64,000 nt of DNA from Nitrospirota bacterium (GTDB lineage Bacteria; Nitrospirota; UBA9217). Both the position numbers and the translations under genes were made by a program. Location: contig CAWFSF010000006.1 in NCBI GenBank assembly GCA_963818475.1, forward strand, positions 1,824,001-1,888,000. The letters are read 5' to 3'. Below the pieces are notes generated by a model, which was not told the origin of the DNA, searched no databases, and saw only the letters and a program-made list of their open reading frames with translations. Positions 9,542-19,372 of the stretch are shown here, in pieces; positions within the stretch are counted from its first letter, which is position 1; each line of letters begins with the position of its first letter.

Positions 9542-9650
9542 ATTTTGCCACGAAGACACAAAGGCACGAAGAAATCCTCAATGATTGTACCGTCTATTTA
9601 ATCTGCAAACCTAAAGATTCCTTTGTGTCTTCGTGCCTTCGTGGCAGAAT
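9542..9650. repeat. Inverted 9-bp-period array element (CACGAAGRC), between atpK and atpI
   Basis: 35-bp arms at 9542-9576 and 9616-9650 match at 29/35 as inverted repeats; all differences are transitions. Confidence 0.88.
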
Positions 9651-9684
9651 TATGTTTTTCATTTTGCCTAGATTTTTTCAGCGC

Positions 9685-11565
9685 TTAAACCTTCTTTAAC
9701 GGAGCGAACTTCCTTCCTCCGTGTTCAATGAACTTGCTGAAGAACTCCACATAGTGGAGCCTCAGGGAGTGTATGGTGGGAGAAAAAACGCCCAGAATGA
9801 TGTTCAGCAAATGGATCAGTCCGGCCACGACGACCCCCGTGACCACGTCGCCGGTCACGCCGGCCAGATTGTTCGCAACAAAGGCGAGCAGCACGGAGGT
9901 GAGCCCGATCGCCGCGATGCGGACATAGGATATGATGTTGCCGATGCTTTTGAGAAGTTCCAGCGGCGCCAGCAGACCGCCGGCAAAAAAAAGGAACGGC
10001 GTGAGGAACAGGATCACCAGAACGACGGGACGAGCCAGCAACGCGGGGAAATAGCCGAACAACGACGCGATGATCACCATTAGGCTGATGATAATGACAA
10101 CGCTCAGCGCCTTGTACGCCGCTTCTTTCATGATTTTATGCTTGAATGCATTGATGGCGCCCAGGATCAGGCCAAGGATGATATGGGCGACGCCCACGGC
10201 AACGGAGAATGCGAGCATCGGCACAATAGCCGTGCGACGCTCCATGCAGAGCGGCTCGATATGAAAGAGCCGTTCAGGAAGATCGCCGAAGAATTCACCG
10301 AAGAGTATCCCGAAAAAGGCCGAATAGGCCGAGGCGATCAACAGGATCTTCGCGCCGTCCCTGACCGGTCCTTTTTGACGGTTCTTTTTGAGCAGGATGA
10401 GTGACGTGATGCCGAGCACCAGGGCATATCCTGCGTCACCCAGGATCATGCCGAAAAATATGGGGAAGAATATCGCGATGAACGGCGTAGGATCGTAGGA
10501 CGTGTAGGCCGGCAGCGGCAGCAGGCTCGTGAACAGTTCAAAGGGCTTGAAGTAGGAGGGGTTCTTCAGGACGATCGGCACCTGGTCGAGCTCCTCTTCA
10601 TGCATTTCTTTTTCCTCGATCATGACCCTGGCGCCGAAATCATCGCGCAGCCGTTGTTTGAGCCGCGGAAGGTCTTCCGACTGCATCCATCCGTGAATAA
10701 AAAAGCACATGCGGGTTTCGAAAGCGAAGGCCGTTGTGTTGAGCAGCGAAAGACGGTCGTCGATCCATTCCTGCACGCGCTGGTAGATCGGGACCCATCG
10801 CCGGGTAAAACTTGCCAGTTCCGCATCGATCGCCCGGATCTCGAGCAGCACCTGGTCTGCCCGCTTTTTCACAAAGGACACCTTCTCCGGGAACGTCAAT
10901 TTGGCGAAGGATTCAGGGAACGTGAGCTCGGGAACGTGTTCATCGCTCAGGGATTTTTTTACCTTTTCGGAAACGCTCTTTTCCACGGTGATGAGACCCA
11001 CCAGGGTGCCGTCCTCCGCCGGCTCGGTCTGCAGTTCGTATTTCCAGTCCGTTATTCTCGACAGGGCCGCGCGCAGGTGTTCGACCATCTCGGGTTCGCG
11101 GATCGTCAGTCCGATGAAATCAAGGTCAGGCGTTTCCGTGGTGGTCTCGACGAGTGACGCAAGTGCGTTGAGAAAGATCGAGTACCGGCCAAGCTCGGCC
11201 CCTTCCTTGGCCAGAATTTCGCGCCGTTTGGACAGGTCAGTTGCACTTTCCCGGTGCCGGTCGATGGTCTTGGAAACCGTATCGAGAATGGAGACCGGTT
11301 CGATATAGCTTTTTCTTACGGCAAGGGCGGGCAGCTCAGCAAAGAGCAGTTCGATCTTCTGGCGCAGTTCCTCGAGGAACATGCGCTCAAAAACGGTCTT
11401 CTCATCCAGCATGAAAGAGCGAACGTCCTTTTCCCATTCTTTTTCGATGTACCCCACGGTGGCCGGTTCGATCTGAAATATGCCCATTTCCCGCAGCAGG
11501 GACAGAACCTGCTGCAGCAGAGGCTTTTCGCCGACGATCTCGATCTTGGACATCCTGACTATCAT
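9685..11565 (-). CDS. atpI: V/A-type ATP synthase subunit I (a)
   Basis: DPTPF..FFGMILGDAGY, GEFFG, ISYVRIAAIG, HSLRLHYVEFFSKF. Confidence 0.96.
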   Translation of the reverse strand: MIVRMSKIEIVGEKPLLQQVLSLLREMGIFQIEPATVGYIEKEWEKDVRSFMLDEKTVFERMFLEELRQKIELLFAELPALAVRKSYIEPVSILDTVSKTIDRHRESATDLSKRREILAKEGAELGRYSIFLNALASLVETTTETPDLDFIGLTIREPEMVEHLRAALSRITDWKYELQTEPAEDGTLVGLITVEKSVSEKVKKSLSDEHVPELTFPESFAKLTFPEKVSFVKKRADQVLLEIRAIDAELASFTRRWVPIYQRVQEWIDDRLSLLNTTAFAFETRMCFFIHGWMQSEDLPRLKQRLRDDFGARVMIEEKEMHEEELDQVPIVLKNPSYFKPFELFTSLLPLPAYTSYDPTPFIAIFFPIFFGMILGDAGYALVLGITSLILLKKNRQKGPVRDGAKILLIASAYSAFFGILFGEFFGDLPERLFHIEPLCMERRTAIVPMLAFSVAVGVAHIILGLILGAINAFKHKIMKEAAYKALSVVIIISLMVIIASLFGYFPALLARPVVLVILFLTPFLFFAGGLLAPLELLKSIGNIISYVRIAAIGLTSVLLAFVANNLAGVTGDVVTGVVVAGLIHLLNIILGVFSPTIHSLRLHYVEFFSKFIEHGGRKFAPLKKV

Positions 11566-11568
11566 GCG

Positions 11569-11883
11569 TCATCCCGGGAGTATGGTACGGATATGCTTCT
11601 CCACAATCGCCTGCAACACTGCTCTGTCCAGATGGTCCATATGTTCAACGAGCGTTGCCGCAGCCCTCACGCTCGATGCAGTGCTCTCCTCTGCTTCTTT
11701 CCTCGCCCGGTCCTCTGCCGCTGCGAGCATGTCCTTGATCCGATCCTCTTCCTTAAGGACCTCGTCTTCGCAAACCTTTTTCACCTTTTCAAGCCAGTCG
11801 CGCGCCTTTGCCTGTTCGATTTCAAGGCACTTCTGGATCTCCCGCTCTACCTCGATGACCTCGCTCAAAACATTGTTGTCCAT
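11569..11883 (-). CDS. V/A-type ATP synthase subunit G/H (peripheral stalk)
   Basis: 104 aa charged coiled coil, first gene of the operon. Confidence 0.8.
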   Translation of the reverse strand: MDNNVLSEVIEVEREIQKCLEIEQAKARDWLEKVKKVCEDEVLKEEDRIKDMLAAAEDRARKEAEESTASSVRAAATLVEHMDHLDRAVLQAIVEKHIRTILPG

Positions 11884-11898
11884 ACTTCAATTGTAGCA
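11884..11898 (-). promoter_or_regulatory. Extended -10 promoter directly before the start codon (possible leaderless mRNA)
   Basis: TG-C-TACAAT, 6 nt, then ATG (11883); no SD sequence. Confidence 0.5.
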
Positions 11899-12059
11899 AA
11901 AAAAAACAGCTACATTTAGAGGGACAGTATGCAACATTCCGCTACAGTGCATTTTTTTAGCCCATTATCCGACATAAGACAGAAAAAACGAGCATGCGCA
12001 TCACAGCACTTGCATTAACCACTGCCTGCGGTAAAATGCATCAACAGAGGAGGTGCAAG

Positions 12060-12647
12060 ATGATACGGTATAGCGGAGTGAACCACCTTGCAATGGCTAC
12101 GGGCAACATGGATGGCACCATTCGCTTTTGGCGGGACCTGCTCGGCATGCGTATGGTCGCTGGCTTGGGGCAACCCGGGTATCGGCACTACTTTTTCGAG
12201 GTATCGGACCGCGACATGATCGCCTTCTTTGAATGGCCGGGTATTCTTCCGGTGCCGGAAAAGGAGCATGGCCGTCCGGTTGCTGGACCGTTCTTGTTCG
12301 ATCATGTTTCCTTCGGCGTGGAGAGCGAAGACGGTCTTTGGGCACTGAAGGACAGGATCTCTGCCGCCGGGATATGGGTGTCGGAAGTGATCGACCACGG
12401 GTTCATACATTCCATCTATTCCTTTGATCCCAACGGCATCCCGATCGAGTTCAGCGTGCCGGTCAAGAACATCGATCCGCGCAGCAAGCCGTTCATGGCC
12501 GACCGGGCGCCGGTGAAAACAGCACTCGAAGGGGTTGAACCGCGATATGAAGCATGGCCGGCTGTCGCACGACCGACACCAAAAGAGGAGCGCACCGTTT
12601 ACCCCGGAGCCGGCAGTGAGCTGTTTCACGGAAAGAAAAAGGAATGA
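12060..12647 (+). CDS. VOC (glyoxalase/bleomycin resistance) family protein
   Basis: GVNHLAM, FDHVSFGV, SIYSFDPNGIPIEF; GAGGAGG RBS before ATG 12060. Confidence 0.92.
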   Translation: MIRYSGVNHLAMATGNMDGTIRFWRDLLGMRMVAGLGQPGYRHYFFEVSDRDMIAFFEWPGILPVPEKEHGRPVAGPFLFDHVSFGVESEDGLWALKDRISAAGIWVSEVIDHGFIHSIYSFDPNGIPIEFSVPVKNIDPRSKPFMADRAPVKTALEGVEPRYEAWPAVARPTPKEERTVYPGAGSELFHGKKKE

Positions 12648-12846
12648 TGATAATGACCGCAACTAAGAACACATGAGGAGGAAAAACCTGGTACGAATAA
12701 TGGTCCGGCATGATCTGCGTCCCTGCAATGGTTGCATTGGATGTAATCTCTTGACTAACACCTGCCCAACCTCAACAATTCCATCGAGTTGCCGTCATCC
12801 CCATTGTTTTTTTCACCACGATCATCACATTTACACTGAGCCAGCC

Positions 12847-12880
12847 TTGACAAGCACCAGTTCTTTGATACACTTGAGCC
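12847..12880 (+). promoter_or_regulatory. sigma70 promoter of the cytochrome operon (possible leaderless mRNA)
   Basis: TTGACA-16 bp-TACACT with a TG extension; ATG 6 nt after the -10; no SD sequence. Confidence 0.55.
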
Positions 12881-13852
12881 ATGAACCTACCCCTTCTGAT
12901 CAGCATCATCGCATGCCTGCTTTTCTCTTCTCACGCTTTTGCAACGGACGACTGTTATTCCTGCCATGGGAAAAAGGGCGGCCGAACCTATGTGAGCAAA
13001 GATGCCTTCGAGCAGTCGGTCCACGGCTGGATGGCCTGCGATAAATGCCACCTCGGCATCTCGCCCTACCCCCATGGGATCGTATCCAAAGTCAATTGCG
13101 GCATCTGCCATTTTCTCGGCAGGGAAGGCGCTCCCAAAGAGCAGGCCGCGGAGTATAAACTGAGCGTCCATGGACGTGCGGCCGGCAAGGGAATTGCCCT
13201 GGCTCCGACCTGCCAGACCTGCCATGGTTCTCATGCGATCTACCGATCCACAGACCCCCGGTCAACGACCGGCAGGGAGAAGATCCCGTCCCTCTGCGGC
13301 CAATGCCATGCGGCCGAGCTCGGCACGTATGAAAAAAGCATCCATGGCATCGCTCCTCCTCAAAGAACAATATGAACAGCGCTCCGACCTGTTTCGACTG
13401 CCATATGGAGCACCGCATTCCGGGCGCCTCGGAACCGAAGTGGAAACTGTCGCTGATCGACAAATGCGGCACCTGCCATCCCGAAGAGATGAACACGTAT
13501 CAGAAGACCTATCACGGCAAAGTGACCCGTCTCGGTTATACGACCATCGCCATGTGCTGGGACTGCCACGGTTCGCATGGCATCCTTCCGCAGAATGACC
13601 CTGCATTCCACGCTGTCGTCAAAGAATCTGGTCGCCACCTGTGCAAAGTGCCACCCCGGCGCCACAGAAAGCTTTACCAAATTCTATGCCCATGCGGAGG
13701 AGACGAACCGGGCAAAGTATCCGGTCCTTTACTACACCTTCGTGTTCATGACCCTGCTGCTCATCGGGGTCTTCGCCTTCTTTCTGACCCACACGTTCCT
13801 GTGGGCGTACCGCGCGTTAAAAGAGCGGATACAGAAAAAAGGAGGGATGTAA
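12881..13852 (+). CDS. Multiheme (9 CxxCH) cytochrome c with signal peptide and C-terminal TM anchor (frameshifts ~13360 and ~13605)
   Basis: CYSCH, CDKCH, CGICH, CQTCH, CGQCH, CFDCH, CGTCH, CWDCH, CAKCH across three frames; terminal hydrophobic helix containing His. Confidence 0.9.
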
Positions 13853-13854
13853 AC

Positions 13855-14672
13855 ATGGCACTGGTCAAACGGTTCAACGCCTATCACCGGATCCTGCATG
13901 TCGCCATGGCCGTCAGCTTCATCGGCCTCGTCGCATCCGGCATGCCGATCAAGTATGCCCAGGCGCCCTGGGCCGCGTGGCTGACGAAGCTTCTCGGGGG
14001 ATACGCAGGGAGCGGCCCTGATCCATCGCATCTGCGCGGTCATCACCTTCGGCTATTTCGCGGCGCATATCGGCTATGTCCTGTACGACATCGTTATCGT
14101 CAGAAAGTTCAAGTTCAACCCCCTCGGGCCCTGAATCCATGGTCCCCTGGCTCAAGGACCTCGAGGACATCATCGAGCAACTTCAAGTGGTTCCTCGGCC
14201 TGGGTCCCCGCCCGCAGCTGGACCAGTGGACCTACTGGGAAAAGTTCGATTACTGGGCCGTCTTCTGGGGCGTGGGCATGATCGGCGTCTCCGGACTGTT
14301 CCTGTGGTTCCCCGTGTTCTTCGGCCAGTTCTTACCCGGCTGGGCCTTTAACATCGCGACCGTCATTCATAGTGACGAAGCGCTCCTGGCGGCCGGATTC
14401 ATCTTCACGATCCACTATTTCAACACCCATATGCGGCCGGAAAAGTTCCCCATGGATCCGGTCATCTTTACCGGAAACCTGACGCTCGAGGAGCTGAAGC
14501 ACGAACGGCCCCTCGAATACGAGCGCCTCGTAGCCGAGAACAAGCTTGGCCAATACGCGACCGAGGCCCAGGCGCCCTGGATCACCGATGCAGGCATCAT
14601 CTTCGGTTTCCTGACGGTTCTGATCGGATTTGTCTACTGGTCCTGATCATTCTCGGACAGTTCGTGTATTAA
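13855..14672 (+). CDS. Cytochrome b subunit, FdnI/HydC-like (CbcL membrane-domain type; frameshifted)
   Basis: RFNAYHRILH, LIHRICA (alternate frame), YWEKFDYWAVFWG, IHSDEALLA, IHYFNTH; own GGAGGG RBS. Confidence 0.88.
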
Positions 14673-14675
14673 CTC

Positions 14676-15385
14676 ATGTCCTTACAACAGAGAGACCTCT
14701 TCATAAAAAACATCTTTTCGACGGTCGCGCCTCACGTCGATTTCCTGAGCACCGGTTTCAGCTTCGGCTTCGACCATTACTGGCGAAACAGAGCGGTCAG
14801 GCGCGCCGGGATCGCGGAGGGCGAACGGGTGCTCGATGTCTGCACCGGCACCGGGGAACTGGCGTTCCTGCTTGCCGACAAGGTCGGCGAGAACGGCCTG
14901 GTCACCGGCGCCGATTTCTGCAGCGAGATGCTGGACCGGGCGCGTAAGAAATCCTCGGACCGTCACACGAATCTTTCCTTCATCCTATCCGACACCAAGG
15001 CCCTGGCCTTCCCCGACAACATCTTTGATCTGGTCACGGTCTCCTTCGGCATGAGGAACATCCCCGACACGACCATTGCGCTGCAAGAGATCAAACGGGT
15101 GCTGAAGCCGGGCGGCAGGTTCATCTGCCTTGAGCTGACACGGCCGCACCTGGCCTGGTTCCGCAGCCTCTACGAATGGTATGTCTTCTGGATCATGCCG
15201 TTCATCGCGAAAACTGGTCGTCAAGACAGCCGCCCCCTATCTGTATCTGCCGCGGTCCATCAACGCCTTCTATCCCCCGGACGAGTTCAGGCAGATCATC
15301 GCCGAAAGCGGCTTTACCAGACGTGACCGTCGATTCCCTGACCATGGGGATCGCGACGATCTACGGGGCGGTAAAACGTGGATAA
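14676..15385 (+). CDS. ubiE: UbiE/MenG-family quinone C-methyltransferase (frameshifted near the C-terminus)
   Basis: IFSTVAP..D, VLDVCTGTG, FDLVTVSFGMRN, RVLKPGGRFICLE, YLYLPRSI..F, LTMGIATI. Confidence 0.88.
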
Positions 15386-16022
15386 CGTCGGTATTTTCTG
15401 CGACAAAGGACAACGCATTTTCTGCATGACTATTCACGGCGCTGCATCGAGCGCCTGTACGGGCCACTCGCTGTTCCCGGTCCCTTTTCCTTTTCTCTCC
15501 GCCTATCTGGAAGCAAACATCAAAAAGGAAGCGGACAAGGACCGCTTGATCATCGAACATGCGGCGGAAGCCCTTGCCGCGGGGAAAGAACCGGGCGATG
15601 TGGACATCGAGGATATCTTCGAGCGAACAAAAACCGTCGACAAGGCCTTCGTCCGCCGTCTTCTGATCCCCTCATTCTCGATCCAGGTGCGCTACGAGGA
15701 CATTGCCGACATCAGGAAAAAACGGATCGCTCGGCTGTCAACAACGGCCGGCGAGATGCTGCAGGCACTGGGAAGGATCATCATCGTTCTCTGAAGTGGT
15801 CCGGAACACCTACACGCGAATCGCAGTTCCGCGGAGTCATCCTGGACATCCTTCACCTGTACAACCAGGAGACCAGGATGCTTGACCGATTCCATCAAGT
15901 TCTTCTCGCCCTTCAACCGGGCGATCAGCCTGTTTGCCGAGAACATGTTCGACACCATGGAGGCCGTCGCAGCAAGCATGGTCGACGAGTATGCCGAGAA
16001 ACTGTTCCGGGGAGAATGTCGC
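15378..16022 (+). CDS. Hypothetical protein (frameshifted; as assembled it runs in frame into the radical SAM gene)
   Basis: Coding-like helical sequence across ORFs 15378-15794 and 15882 onward; overlaps the ubiE stop. Confidence 0.65.
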
Positions 16023-17802
16023 ATGCACAGAACGGACCTGATCCTGCTCCACCCGCCCAGCGTCTTCAAATTCCGCGAACTGCCGCTCTTTTTCGGCCCG
16101 GTGAGCGATGTCGTGCCGTCGTCGTCCATTTTCGAGATCTACCCCATCGGGTTCCTGACCATGTCGCAGTACCTGCACACGCACGGCCTGTCGGTCCGGA
16201 TCGTCAACCTGGCGCTCAAGATGCTGCGGACCGCCACTTCGATCCGGAACCGTTCATCAAGCCAAACTGAGGCCGATCGCCTTCGGCATCGACCTCCACT
16301 GGCTCCCCCACGTGGACGGCAGCCTGAGCCTTGCCGAGCTCTGTCAAAAAGCACCATCCCGACATCCCGGTCATCCTGGGCGGCCTGAGCGCGACCTATT
16401 ATCACGAAGAGATCATGCGCGACTATCCCTTTGTGGACTTCGTCCTGTGCGGCGACTCCACGGAAGAGCCCGCTGCGTCAGCTCATGGAAGCGATCAAGG
16501 CGGGCCACGGGTACGAGCAGGTCCCGAACCTCGTCTGGCGCGACGCCGGCGGCACTGCGGTCGTGAACGAGCGGTCCTTCCAGCCCGAGACCATGGACTA
16601 CATCGATTTCGACTATCCCCATCTCATGAAGATGGTGCTCAAGTATCTCGACCCCACGGGCTATATCCCCTTCAAGTACTGGCTCAGTTACCCCGTGACC
16701 GCGGTCTTCACCTGCCGAGGCTGCAACCACAACTGCGGCACCTGCGGGGGCTCGCTCTCGGCGTTCAACAAGGTCTGCTTGCGCTCCAAGGCCTGCTTCC
16801 GCTCGCCCGAGCTCGTGGCCGATGACATCAAACGAATGTCGGAATACACCGGAGCGCCGGTCATCGTGCTGGGAGACCTGCTGATGGCCGGCAGGAATTA
16901 TGCCGACCGGTTCCTGGATGCCATGAAGAAGCACCACGTCCGGAACGAGGTCTGCATCGAGTTCTTCACCCCGCCTCCAGCCGATTTCCTTGCAAAAGGC
17001 GGCTGATTCCATCAGGACCTTCAACGTGGAGATGTCGCCGGAGTCCCACGACATCAACGTGCAGAAAGATCTTCGGGAAGAATTACGAGAACAACGCGCT
17101 GGAGGACATGATCGAAACGCTCATCAGCGTCGGGTGCAAGCGGATCGACCTGTTCTTCATGGTGGGGCTTCCGAACCAGACCTATGATTCGGTCATGGAT
17201 ACGGTGAAGTACTGCGGTTCGCTCATGGACCGGTTCGGCAGCAACGGCGACACCGGCAAGATACTGCCGCTCATCGCCCCGCTCGCGCCGTTCATCGATC
17301 CGGGCAGCATGATCTTCGAGGACCCGGAAAAGTACGGGTACACGTTCTTCTATAAGACCCTTACGGAACACCGCAAGGCCATGCTCATGCCGAGCTGGAA
17401 GTTTGCGTTGAATTACGAGACGAAATGGATGAACCGCGATGAGATCGTGAGGGCGACCTATGACGGGGCGCTGGGGCTGCTCAACGCTAAAGGAACAGTA
17501 CGGCGCCATCGAGCCAGAAGACCGCGGCAAAGGTCAGGAACCATCTTGAACGCGCGGTGGCCTTAAATGCGAAGATCAAGGACCTGTCGAGCATCGACGA
17601 TTCGCTGCGGGAGGAGATCTTCAGCCTGAATACGCTGGACCTGGTCTGCGACAAGCACGAACTTGACTGGCCGATCAAAGGCTGGAAGCTCAATGTGTTC
17701 AAGCTGGCAAAGCTGCTGCTTCAGAATTCGAATAACGGCAATGGTTCTTTTCAACAGACAAAGGCTGTCCCGGCTTTATCGAATGAAAAGGAGAGCCGAT
17801 GA
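16023..17802 (+). CDS. B12-binding radical SAM protein, resembling the Ta0216/TIGR04190 family (several frameshifts)
   Basis: DLILLHPPSV...FGPVSDVVPSSSIFEIYPIGF, IDLHWLPH, ILGGLSATYY, RGCNHNCGTCGG, SPESHD, LFFMVGLP, APFIDPGS; family assignment from recalled motifs. Confidence 0.85.
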
Positions 17803-17867
17803 GCCATCTGGCAGTTCATAGCAGTAACTAAAAATCAAACTCCACTGACAACGTTATTTCGCCTCGC

Positions 17868-18242
17868 TTACCCTTCACGTAATATGAGACCACGCTTTAT
17901 CTTGTCTAAACGTGCCTTGGCAGCTGGATCTGTGTTGAAGAACGCTTCAAGCTGGTTGCATGCATATTCGGTGCAATACGCGCAGTTTTCCAGCTTCTTT
18001 TCCCGCGCGCACTTCCTCATAGGGCAGTTCTTGCATCCTGAGAATAATCTACCACTTTCTATCCGGCAACCATCGCAGTCAGTGATTTCTTCCAACGTGT
18101 AATTTATCCCATACGCTTCCTTGCACAGCTTCACAATCTCGGACCTCATTCTTGTTTTTTCTTCTTTGTTCCCCTGCCTCGTTGCCAGGTAGATCGGACA
18201 TGTTCGACAGATTAAACCGCAGTAAGCGACCATCTCGGCCAT
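17868..18242 (-). CDS. DUF3795-like cysteine-rich protein
   Basis: YCGLICRTCP...CDGC...CKNCPMRKCA...NCAYC...C pattern. Confidence 0.8.
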   Translation of the reverse strand: MAEMVAYCGLICRTCPIYLATRQGNKEEKTRMRSEIVKLCKEAYGINYTLEEITDCDGCRIESGRLFSGCKNCPMRKCAREKKLENCAYCTEYACNQLEAFFNTDPAAKARLDKIKRGLILREG

Positions 18243-18529
18243 GGCTTTTTCGTTTCCTCTCATATGGCTTGCAAACCGTTGCATAATAATCACTTCAATA
18301 TCAATATAGATCAACAGAGCAAAATATCATCTCTTTTTTTCTTTCGGATCAATAAAAATGACTACATGATAAGTAAGTAGCATTTCATCGATCTCAACCT
18401 TTACTATTGAGCGGTCAGGACCTACTATAGTATTTCGATATTCTTGTCATTAATTGACATTCCAACGCGACGGAGCTAGCTTTTCAGTACAGCGCGCTGG
18501 ACAACCTAAATTAAAAGGAGGTTTCTGTC

Positions 18530-19084
18530 ATGAAAAAGGTTACACATGCAGCATTTATTCTTGCAGTCGTCGCGGTCACAATGGTCTTCGTGACCGGCCT
18601 TGCGACAGCCGCATCAACAGCATCACCGAAGGACGTTGGGGAACTAAATGCCGAGATCACCATGCTCAACTCCAACGCGAGCCTGCCTCAGGGTGACAAA
18701 ATAATCACGAAGCAACTGATGGATACGTTCAAGGTCGGCAGCGACAGGGTCACCAGCCTGATCGGAGCCAGTACCCTGATGGGAAGCAACAAAGCACAGT
18801 ACGGAGACGCGGCAGCGATCCTGGCCTTCGCCAGCGAGATGCCCGGAGGAGTCACCGCGGAGAATATCACCAAGGTCTCGAGCATGCGGCAGCAAACGCG
18901 GGATTGGGCGCAGCTGGCACAGAACCTGAACGTGGATGTTGGAAAGGTGGCAAGCAAACTGAGCAGCCTCGAGAACGACAGTCATAAGAGCATCAAACAG
19001 GCTCTTGCCGATTCGTTTTCTGGGAGCGCGGCAGGCGGTATGAGCGGAGGATCGGAAAGCGGTGCTGGAGGCAGCAAGTATTGA
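18530..19084 (+). CDS. Exported hypothetical protein with Gly/Ser-rich tail
   Basis: AAGGAGG RBS, Sec-type signal peptide, 184 aa. Confidence 0.8.
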   Translation: MKKVTHAAFILAVVAVTMVFVTGLATAASTASPKDVGELNAEITMLNSNASLPQGDKIITKQLMDTFKVGSDRVTSLIGASTLMGSNKAQYGDAAAILAFASEMPGGVTAENITKVSSMRQQTRDWAQLAQNLNVDVGKVASKLSSLENDSHKSIKQALADSFSGSAAGGMSGGSESGAGGSKY

Positions 19085-19108
19085 TTTTTCAGATCATTGA
19101 CCCTGAGC

Positions 19109-19144
19109 AAAAGGCAGTCGGTCTCGTGCCGGCTGCCTTTATTG
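19109..19144 (+). terminator. Intrinsic terminator (possibly bidirectional)
   Basis: AAAGGCAGTCGG...CCGGCTGCCTTT followed by ATTGTT. Confidence 0.6.
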
Positions 19145-19372
19145 TTCCGACCCTGCGTCACAGCTTGGCCCCTCAGGTCAGTAAGATGCCCCAGCTTTTT
19201 TTGCCAGACAACAACGGCTGCGATGCTTTTACGCCGAAATTATTCAATATCGGATCATGTCGTTCGTTGCAGAATCCCCAGGTCGGGAATAAACGCCTGC
19301 GATTAAAGGCTTCCCGCCCATAGCGAAGAATTGAGGTCATATGACCAGCCCGATCCTGTAAATCTGCATATT

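Noticed and set aside
15882-16388. True fusion of the hypothetical protein with the radical SAM
   Set aside because: In frame as assembled, but the region is dense with indels and the radical SAM has its own plausible start (ATG 16023 after GGAG); cannot be supported.
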